Below are positions 29,183 through 36,683 of a stretch of 64,000 bases of DNA, in pieces. The position numbers and the translations under genes are program-made. The notes under the pieces are model-generated. The model had not been told where the DNA came from. It was given only the letters and a program-made list of their open reading frames with translations, and did not search any database. How positions within the stretch are numbered: the stretch's first letter is position 1; every line of letters begins with the position of its first letter. This DNA is from an uncultured Bacilli bacterium (GTDB lineage: Bacteria > Bacillota_I > Bacilli_A > RF39 > UBA660), in the NCBI GenBank assembly GCA_947632455.1, contig CANRPK010000003.1, positions 2,476 through 66,475 on the forward strand, given 5' to 3'.

Positions 29183-30667
29183 ATGAAAATAGAAAGGTTA
29201 GAAATAAGTAATAAAAAAGTAAAGATAGCATTTATAGTAGGAATAGTATTAACAGCAATATTATTTATAATGGTAAATTATTTAGTTACTAAAGCAAAGT
29301 ATCGAAATACAGAAAGCCTAGATTTAGTAAAAGGAACAATTACATATAATAAAGCAGATCTAAACATAATCGCGATGTATCAAGAAAGTAGCTATGGTAC
29401 AAATGGCTATAAACAAATAGATGATGTGCCAACAGAAAAATATACATTAAGTAATAAAAGTTATTGTGAAGTAGGCAGTCAAAAAGTAGAAGATGCTCAA
29501 ATTGAATATAGAGAAGGAGCAATATATGTAGGAAATATCAAAAAAAGAGGAACAAAATGTTATATATATTTTGATTTGGATTATAAGGCAGATGATATGT
29601 TAGCAAAATTAGAAACAATAAAACAAAGTAAATATGAAAAAACAGCAATGCCAAATCCAATCACAGGACCATACGATGCGGATGTAGAAAACCCGGAACA
29701 TAAAGAAAAAATATATACAACCGAAGATAACTACGGAACCAGTTATGTATTTAGAGGCAATAATGATGATGTAAATAACTGGGTAACATTTGCTAATCAT
29801 ACATGGAGGATAATCCGAATAAATGGAGATGGAACATTAAGGTTAATATTCCAATGTGCAGAGCCAAATTGTACAGATACAAAGGGACCAACAACCCAAA
29901 TAGGAAAAAGTGCATATAAATTAGCACCGCTTGATGATAATACCTATGTAGGATATTATTATGGCGAAGCGGGTCAAGACACATATGATAAAACTCATAC
30001 TAATGCTCATCCAAGCGATGTAGCAAAAGCTGTTGATAATTGGTATACCGGTACAGGAAATATGACTTCATATACTAAATATTTAAGTGGAGACACTGGA
30101 TTTTGTAATGATCGAGTAGTAGTTACTAAAGTTTGGAATGATTATGAAGGCAATGGAACAGGACAGTCTGCAACAGGATATGGTCCAGCAGCCAGATTAA
30201 TACTTAATGGCGGATGGAGAAAAAGTCAATACCCAACATTAAAGTGTGGGGTTAATATTGGTGGAGTAAATAAAGAAACATATGATAATTTTGATGTAGA
30301 TCCAACAGCATTAAAAAGAGATTTATTTACTACCAAGAACTCAGGCAGAGGTAACGAAATACTTACATATCCAGTAGGACTTATCACAAGTGATGAAGTT
30401 ACTATGGCTGGACTATTCGGAGGAACAGCATTTGCTGATTACTGGTTATATACAAATCAACATTATTGGACAATGTCTCCTAATTGGTATGATGTCAATA
30501 ATAAGGTGGCTGACGTGTTCCCTGTGCATGAGAATGGCAACTTTTACTACTGCGGCGTTGGTAGCGTTCATGGAGTGCGTCCAGTAATTAATCTTAATGC
30601 CGATATCGAATTTAGTGGAGGTACTGGTAAATCCGATAATCCATTTATCGTAAAAACAAGCAATTAA
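29183..30667 (+). CDS. Membrane-anchored paralog family protein, copy 1 (lectin-like C-terminal module)
   Basis: One N-terminal TM helix. Shares NWVTFANHTWRIIRINGDGTLRLIFQC, YVGYYYG, FCNDR, LKCG, LITSDEV, YWTMSP and GVRPVINLNADIEFSGG with 40641, 42526 and 50091. Confidence 0.85.
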   Translation: MKIERLEISNKKVKIAFIVGIVLTAILFIMVNYLVTKAKYRNTESLDLVKGTITYNKADLNIIAMYQESSYGTNGYKQIDDVPTEKYTLSNKSYCEVGSQKVEDAQIEYREGAIYVGNIKKRGTKCYIYFDLDYKADDMLAKLETIKQSKYEKTAMPNPITGPYDADVENPEHKEKIYTTEDNYGTSYVFRGNNDDVNNWVTFANHTWRIIRINGDGTLRLIFQCAEPNCTDTKGPTTQIGKSAYKLAPLDDNTYVGYYYGEAGQDTYDKTHTNAHPSDVAKAVDNWYTGTGNMTSYTKYLSGDTGFCNDRVVVTKVWNDYEGNGTGQSATGYGPAARLILNGGWRKSQYPTLKCGVNIGGVNKETYDNFDVDPTALKRDLFTTKNSGRGNEILTYPVGLITSDEVTMAGLFGGTAFADYWLYTNQHYWTMSPNWYDVNNKVADVFPVHENGNFYYCGVGSVHGVRPVINLNADIEFSGGTGKSDNPFIVKTSN

Positions 30668-30670
30668 AAA

Positions 30671-30708
30671 CTTGTCTATACTGCTTTCTTATTCCAAGTA
30701 TAGACAAG
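30671..30708 (+). other. Conserved post-stop hairpin, copy 1
   Basis: 12-bp stem CTTGTCTATACT/AGTATAGACAAG with 14-nt loop GCTTTCTTATTCCA. No T-run follows. Confidence 0.7.
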
Positions 30709-30721
30709 ATATATTATCAAA

Positions 30722-30747
30722 AGATAGGGTATACCTATCTTTTTTTA
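30722..30747 (+). terminator. Rho-independent terminator of copy 1
   Basis: AGATAGG-GTATA-CCTATCT followed by TTTTTT. Confidence 0.65.
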
Positions 30748-30941
30748 ACAAAAAATAAAAAGCCCTAAGGCTTCTTTTCAAATAAAAAAACATTTAACTT
30801 TTGCTTGAATTAGTAGAATTTGATATTAGTTAAGTAAAGGAAGTATATCAAAGAATGGAAAAGAATCTTCAAACAAATTAAATGTTCGATTGTGTATACT
30901 ACTACAAAAAATACATTTTGTCAAGCAAAATATTAAAAAAA

Positions 30942-32036
30942 TTAATTTTTTTCTGCTAAAACACCCAAAAACATAAAATAAACAATTATATTAGTACCAC
31001 CATAACTAAGAAAAGGCAAAGGAAGTCCGATAATAGGAAATAAACCTAAGTTCATGCCAATATTTTGAATTTGTGCAAAAATAAACATCATCAGAAATCC
31101 TGCAATAAACATCTTATATTTTGTATTTTTAGTTTTAAATAATTTTACTAAGAAATAAATATCTAAAGCCAAAAAAGCAATTAAGATAAATATTAAACTA
31201 ATAAAACCTAAATTACTAATAGAAAGGGCTACAATAAAATCTGTTGGAGCTTCTGGTATATAAACAAAATGTTTAGTTCCGAGTATATTTGAAGTACCAA
31301 TCGCCATTAAAGCTCTATCTAATTGAAAGGAATCTTTATTAACAAAAGTTAAAATTCGATCAATCCGATAAAAGAAAGAAGTTCCCAAAATACTAATTAA
31401 AGCATCTCTATTAAAATAATATAGATAACCTAAAGTTCCAATTCCCAAACCTAAAACCAGTCCCATCCCTAAATACCAACGCCAATTTATTTTAAAAACT
31501 AATATCATACCTAGCATAATTAATAAATATATAATAATAGCCCCAGTATCGGGCTCTAAAAATACAAATAAAGAGGGGATTAAAGTAAAAAATCCAGCTT
31601 TAAAAAGAAATTTTAATTCACCTTTAAAACCATGCTGTTTTTCTCTGGCTAATATTTGTGCTAAATATAAAGCTAAAGTAAACTTCATAAGTTCACTAGG
31701 TTGAAAAGAGAAGAAATGAAAATCAAACCAAGCTCTTGAACCATTAACCGTTTTACCAACAAAAAGAACTAATATTAATAATAAGACATTAAAATAATAT
31801 AAATATTTACTAAATTTAAAAAATAATCGGGGCTTCACAAATCTAATTAACAAAAATACACCTAAACCTAAAATAAACCAAGTTAATTGTTTATTAAAGT
31901 AACTTTTATAAAAAGTATTATTAATACCTACCATATACATATTAATTAAAGATATAGTAAGTAAACATATAATTGGTATAAATAATAATAAATAATTTTT
32001 TAATTTTTTCTTTTTCATATTTTTATTATGTTTCAA
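30942..32036 (-). CDS. FtsW/RodA/SpoVE-family peptidoglycan polymerase
   Basis: About 10 TM helices. SEDS motifs QPSELMKF and PLPFLSYGGT. Confidence 0.85.
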   Translation of the reverse strand: MKHNKNMKKKKLKNYLLLFIPIICLLTISLINMYMVGINNTFYKSYFNKQLTWFILGLGVFLLIRFVKPRLFFKFSKYLYYFNVLLLILVLFVGKTVNGSRAWFDFHFFSFQPSELMKFTLALYLAQILAREKQHGFKGELKFLFKAGFFTLIPSLFVFLEPDTGAIIIYLLIMLGMILVFKINWRWYLGMGLVLGLGIGTLGYLYYFNRDALISILGTSFFYRIDRILTFVNKDSFQLDRALMAIGTSNILGTKHFVYIPEAPTDFIVALSISNLGFISLIFILIAFLALDIYFLVKLFKTKNTKYKMFIAGFLMMFIFAQIQNIGMNLGLFPIIGLPLPFLSYGGTNIIVYFMFLGVLAEKN

Positions 32037-32078
32037 AATTAAATATATATCATAAAATATTTATAAGAGGTGTACTAA

Positions 32079-32375
32079 ATGAATAAAAATTTACCAAGAG
32101 TATATGTTAATCCTATAAATAAAGAATTAAAAAATAATAAAGATATTTTTTATAGTAAACAAAACGATGTAAGAGGTAATCCCTCAGGTAATATAATGCA
32201 AAAGATTAATGAAATTTTTGCCAATCCCCACCATGTATATAAAAGTAAAGTAAATATTGTAACTAAAGATAATAGTTTTGATACTATTATAGTTGGCAAA
32301 AATAATCGTGATTTACTTACTTTAAATGGTGAGGCCATAAATATAAATGACATCATCGATATTAAAAGAATTTAG
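32079..32375 (+). CDS. Hypothetical small protein
   Basis: 98-aa ORF with RBS AGAGGTG. No family recognised. Confidence 0.4.
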   Translation: MNKNLPRVYVNPINKELKNNKDIFYSKQNDVRGNPSGNIMQKINEIFANPHHVYKSKVNIVTKDNSFDTIIVGKNNRDLLTLNGEAININDIIDIKRI

Positions 32376-32384
32376 CCCCCAAAT

Positions 32385-32413
32385 TTGACTTTTCCTTGAA
32401 GATATGGTAAAAT
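32385..32413 (+). promoter_or_regulatory. sigma-A-type promoter
   Basis: TTGACT, 17-nt spacer, TAAAAT. Confidence 0.5.
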
Positions 32414-32448
32414 TAAAACACTTCGCAAGAAGCAGGGGGTAACAATAA

Positions 32449-33015
32449 ATGAAACAATATTTATTAAAAATGTTTACTTACATTTTTTTAATAAGTTCCG
32501 TTTTAGTTATATATAAAAGTAATCAAAAAGAAAATACAATTCATAATTATATCGTTAATAGTATAGCTTTTCAAAGTGATGTACCACAAAGTCTATATGA
32601 TAATATGATTGTTTATGAAGGTTTAAGTTTAAATGAATTAGGAACAAAAATTGATAGTGTTTTAAATTCTAATTTAGACGGATATGGTAAAACTATTGCT
32701 TCCAAAGCTTTAGAAAATGGTGTAGATCCTTTAATTGCCTCATCTATTATTTTAGTAGAGACAGGTTGTAAATGGAATTGTAGTTATTTAGCTAGAGTAT
32801 GTAATAATATTGGAGGAATGAAAGGCCGTGGATGTGGTTCTTATGCTAAATTTAATAGTTTAGAAGATGGTCTAGATGCCTTTATCTCTAATTTATCTAA
32901 AAACTATTTTCAAAAAGGATTAGATACTCCAGAAAAAATAAATACTAAATATGCTGAAAATCCAAATTGGCATAATGATGTTAATTATTATATTAATCTA
33001 ATAAAAGCAAATTAA
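32449..33015 (+). CDS. Glucosaminidase (GH73-like) domain protein, secreted
   Basis: Signal-like N-terminus. GVDPLIASSIILVETG ... NNIGGMKG ... FNSLEDGLDAFI resembles mannosyl-glycoprotein endo-beta-N-acetylglucosaminidase. Confidence 0.6.
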   Translation: MKQYLLKMFTYIFLISSVLVIYKSNQKENTIHNYIVNSIAFQSDVPQSLYDNMIVYEGLSLNELGTKIDSVLNSNLDGYGKTIASKALENGVDPLIASSIILVETGCKWNCSYLARVCNNIGGMKGRGCGSYAKFNSLEDGLDAFISNLSKNYFQKGLDTPEKINTKYAENPNWHNDVNYYINLIKAN

Positions 33016-33061
33016 ATTGCTTTTTTATTTGTTTTAGAATATAATACTTTTAGGTGATAAT

Positions 33062-34384
33062 ATGTATAATAATAAAAAAATATTTATCTTTGGTATGGCT
33101 AGAAGTGGCTATGAAGTAGCTAAACTATTAGCTAAACAAAATAATGAAATACTAATTGTAGACCAAAAAGATCAAGAAGCTTCTCAAATAGCCGAATTAA
33201 ATAGTCTTGGTATAAAATTTATTAAAAGTAATGAACCAGAAAATATTTTAGATGATACTTTTGATGTCGTAATTAAAAATCCTGCTGTATTTCCTTATCA
33301 CCCATGTATTAGTAAAGCTAAATCTTTAAAAATACCTGTTGTTAATGAAATGGAAGTGGCTTATCATTATTTACCTAAAAATATTAAAATTATTGGAATA
33401 ACTGGTTCTAATGGTAAAACAACCACTACAACTATAATATATGAAGTTTTAAAAAAAGCGGGTATAAATGTAGTATTAGGAGGTAATATTGGTATACCTT
33501 TATCTAAAATTGTAGAGGATGTATCAGAAAATGCTATATTATTATTAGAAATATCTGATCATCAATTAAATGATTTTAAAGATTTTAAAACTGATATTAG
33601 TATTTTAACTAATATTTGTCCAACTCATTTAGATTTTCATGGCTCTTATGAAGCTTATAAAAATACTAAGAAAAAAATATTCCTTCATCATCGTAAAAAT
33701 AATATTGCCATTATTAATAAAGGAAGTATAGATGCTTATGAAATATCAAGTAATATTAAATCTACTAAATATTACTTTAATGATAATCTAAATTATATTA
33801 AAGATGATATAATATATGTTAATAAAGAACCAGTTATTGATACTAAAGATATTCTTTTAAAAGGAACACATAACTATGAAAATATCTTAGCTATGTTAGT
33901 TTTATTAAATATCTTAAAAATAGATTATAAATATGCTAAAGAAGTTTTAAAAGATTTTAAAGGTGTTGAACATCGAATTGAATTTGTAAGATCTCTTAAT
34001 GATGTCGCATATTATAATGATTCTAAATCTACTAATCCCACCGCGACTGTTACTGCTTTAAAAAGCTTTCCATCTAATATTCATTTAATTTTAGGTGGTA
34101 TGGATCGTAATCAAGAATTTACAGAATTAATTCCTTATTTAAATCGTATAACTAAAGTATATGCTATAGGTGAAGTAAGAAATAAAATAATGGAATTTTG
34201 TAAAACTAATCATGTTGCGTGTGAAACTCATGAATTTTTAAAAGATGCTCTAACTAGTATTAATAAAAATGTTAAAGCTCATGATATTGTATTACTTAGT
34301 CCTGCTTCAGCCTCTTGGGATCAATATGCTAAATTTGAAGATCGAGGCACAGAATTTAAAAATATTGTTAATAAGCTTAGTTAA
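33062..34384 (+). CDS. murD: UDP-N-acetylmuramoylalanine--D-glutamate ligase
   Basis: GMARSG Rossmann start, GITGSNGKTTTT P-loop, Mur ligase C-terminal domain (VLLSPASASWDQY). Confidence 0.9.
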   Translation: MYNNKKIFIFGMARSGYEVAKLLAKQNNEILIVDQKDQEASQIAELNSLGIKFIKSNEPENILDDTFDVVIKNPAVFPYHPCISKAKSLKIPVVNEMEVAYHYLPKNIKIIGITGSNGKTTTTTIIYEVLKKAGINVVLGGNIGIPLSKIVEDVSENAILLLEISDHQLNDFKDFKTDISILTNICPTHLDFHGSYEAYKNTKKKIFLHHRKNNIAIINKGSIDAYEISSNIKSTKYYFNDNLNYIKDDIIYVNKEPVIDTKDILLKGTHNYENILAMLVLLNILKIDYKYAKEVLKDFKGVEHRIEFVRSLNDVAYYNDSKSTNPTATVTALKSFPSNIHLILGGMDRNQEFTELIPYLNRITKVYAIGEVRNKIMEFCKTNHVACETHEFLKDALTSINKNVKAHDIVLLSPASASWDQYAKFEDRGTEFKNIVNKLS

Positions 34385-34435
34385 ACTAAACTTTTTGCTT
34401 TCTTTACAAATTATCAGTTTTTTGTTATACTAACT

Positions 34436-35128
34436 TTGGTGATAAACGTGCTAGTATGTGGTAAAAATGTTTTAAAAGAAACCCCAACTAATAAAATTCA
34501 TAAAGTATATTTAAAAGAAAATTTTAAAGATCAAAGTATTATTGATTATCTAAAAGAGCAAAAAATTCATTATGAATTTGTTCCTATTTTTCGTTTAGAT
34601 AAAATGGTTGATGCCAATCATCAAGGAATAGTCATAGATATAGATGATTTTACTTATTCTTCATTAGATGAAATATATGATGAAGATTTTGTTGTCTGTT
34701 TAGATCATTTAGAAGACCCTCATAATTTAGGAGCTATAATTCGAACTTGTGAATGTGCAGGTATTAAAAGTATTATTATTCCTAAAGATCGTAGTATTAG
34801 AGTAAATGAAACAGTAATGAAAATAAGCGCTGGCGCTATTAATAATATTAAAGTAGTATTAGTAAGCAATATTAATAATGCTTTACAAAAACTTCAAGAA
34901 AAATATTTCTTTGTTTATACCGCGGATATGGATGGTAAAGATTATCGTCAAGTTGACTATGCTTCCAAAAAAGTTTTAGTTATTGGTGCCGAAGGAGCCG
35001 GAGTAAGTAAACTAACCCGTAAGATTAGTGATGAAATAATCAGTATTCCTATGTATGGTAAAATAAATTCATTAAATGCTAGTGTTTCCGCGGCTATTTT
35101 AATTTATGGTATGATAAGGGCTAAATAA
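34436..35128 (+). CDS. rlmB: TrmH/SpoU-family 23S rRNA 2'-O-methyltransferase (RlmB-like)
   Basis: LEDPHNLGAIIRT, VLVIGAEGAGVS, IPMYGKINSLNASVSAAILIY. Confidence 0.8.
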   Translation: MVINVLVCGKNVLKETPTNKIHKVYLKENFKDQSIIDYLKEQKIHYEFVPIFRLDKMVDANHQGIVIDIDDFTYSSLDEIYDEDFVVCLDHLEDPHNLGAIIRTCECAGIKSIIIPKDRSIRVNETVMKISAGAINNIKVVLVSNINNALQKLQEKYFFVYTADMDGKDYRQVDYASKKVLVIGAEGAGVSKLTRKISDEIISIPMYGKINSLNASVSAAILIYGMIRAK

Positions 35129-35694
35129 TGACAAAAACAAATGAACAAATAGATGAATTATATGAAAAATATAAATATATAGTTGATATATTAATGCATA
35201 AATATCGTAATAGTGCTTTAAAATATTCCGTTGATTTAAAAGAATTAGAACAAGAAGCTTATTATGCTTTCGCGGATGCTCTAAAAAATTTTGATCAAAA
35301 TAAAAATACTTTAATAAGTACTTTCATTTCTTTATGTGTAGATCGCCGTATTCAAAAAATTATCAAAAAATATAGTGGTAAAAAAGCTCAAACCCTAAAT
35401 AATACTTATTCTCTAGATTATGATTATAATGAAGAGGGGATGACTTTAAAAGATATTATAAGTGATGATTATGAATTTGAACCTTTAAATAATTTAACTT
35501 TAAAAGAAAATTATGAAGAATTACTTCAAAAAATAAAAGAAAATCTTTCTTTAACTGAATATGAAGTTTTCTGTTATATGATTAATGGTTTTGATTATCA
35601 AACAGTGGCTCTTTTAACTAATCGTGAACCTAAACAAATAGATAATACTATTCAAAGAATTAAACATAAAATAAGAGATATTATTAAGGAATAA
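35128..35694 (+). CDS. sigH: Sigma-70-family sigma factor, SigH-like by synteny with rlmB
   Basis: A region 2-like segment (ELEQEAYYAFADALKNFD) and a region 4 HTH (YQTVALLTNREPKQIDNTIQRIKHKI). TAATG coupling to rlmB. Confidence 0.6.
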   Translation: MTKTNEQIDELYEKYKYIVDILMHKYRNSALKYSVDLKELEQEAYYAFADALKNFDQNKNTLISTFISLCVDRRIQKIIKKYSGKKAQTLNNTYSLDYDYNEEGMTLKDIISDDYEFEPLNNLTLKENYEELLQKIKENLSLTEYEVFCYMINGFDYQTVALLTNREPKQIDNTIQRIKHKIRDIIKE

Positions 35695-36598
35695 CCTTAT
35701 CTCCTTGAAAAATATCTCTTTTTTTCATTTCTTTATCAATATCATTTAATACCCCAAATTTTTTAATTAACCATTTTGGCTCAATTAATTCTTGAATTAA
35801 AGGATCTCCGGTAATTCGCATTATTACTATATTTTCATTTAAATACTCTAATTGTTCACAAACTATATCAATATATTCTTCTTTAGTTAAAAGATGAAAA
35901 GGTTGATTTAAATACATTTGCGCTATTTTAGTATTTTTAGGAATATAAAGCATATGAATTTTAATTCCATCTATGCCTAATTTATTTAAATATTTAGCTG
36001 TTTCAATCATCATTTCTTTAGTTTCATTCGGAAGCCCATTAATAATATGAACCACGACCATAATTCCTAAAGCTTTTAATTTTTTTACTGCTTCTTCAAA
36101 GTTTTTTACATCATGACCCCGATTAATTAATTTTAAAGTTTCATCATGGCTTGATTGTAAACCTAATTCTACCATTAAAAAAGTTCTTTTATTAAGTTCA
36201 CTTAAATAATCTACTACTTCATCACTTAAACAATCACTTCTAGTCGCAATATCAAGTCCTATTACATTAGGAATATTTAAAGCTCTTTCATATTTTTCTT
36301 TTAAAACTTCTATAGGCGCATAAGTATTTGCATTAGCTTGAAAATAAGCAATATATTTTGAATTAGGCCATTTCTTATCTAAAGGTATTTTAACTATATT
36401 AAATTGTTCTTCTAAAGATTTATTTTCTAAATGATTACCACTTCCACCATTACAAAAAATACAACCTGAACCATCTTTAAAATTAGGACAAGAAAAATTA
36501 CCATTTAAACTTACTTTAAAAACTTTACTTCCAAATTTATTTTTAAAAAAATAATTTAACGTATGATATCTTTTATTATCTAAAGTATATTTAAACAT
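35684..36598 (-). CDS. TIGR01212-family radical SAM protein (YtqA-like)
   Basis: N-terminal FSCPNFKDGSGCIFC cluster region and a TIM-barrel-like remainder. Confidence 0.8.
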   Translation of the reverse strand: MFKYTLDNKRYHTLNYFFKNKFGSKVFKVSLNGNFSCPNFKDGSGCIFCNGGSGNHLENKSLEEQFNIVKIPLDKKWPNSKYIAYFQANANTYAPIEVLKEKYERALNIPNVIGLDIATRSDCLSDEVVDYLSELNKRTFLMVELGLQSSHDETLKLINRGHDVKNFEEAVKKLKALGIMVVVHIINGLPNETKEMMIETAKYLNKLGIDGIKIHMLYIPKNTKIAQMYLNQPFHLLTKEEYIDIVCEQLEYLNENIVIMRITGDPLIQELIEPKWLIKKFGVLNDIDKEMKKRDIFQGDKVIP

Positions 36599-36683
36599 AA
36601 TTACCTCCGTAAGTATTATAACATGAACTAAAAATAAGTGTTAAATTTATTTATCTAACATATATTTATTTAGGAGGCTTATA

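Noticed and set aside
29340-29984. Antisense ORFs inside paralog copy 1 (29340-29522, 29609-29800, 29793-29984). Equivalent antisense ORFs lie in copies 2-4 (40792-41112, 41245-41436, 42716-43006, 43376-43751, 50320-51010, 51422-51676).
   Set aside because: They lie opposite purine-rich, strongly conserved sense frames and translate to low-complexity L/F/Y/H strings. They recur only because the sense nucleotide sequence is conserved.
30390-30587. Alternative-frame ORFs overlapping the hypervariable segments of copy 1 (30390-30587) and copy 3 (43781-43963), with similar translations.
   Set aside because: The similarity is explained by nucleotide conservation of the flanks. There is no RBS, and the GC-rich patch merely removes stop codons in the off-frame.
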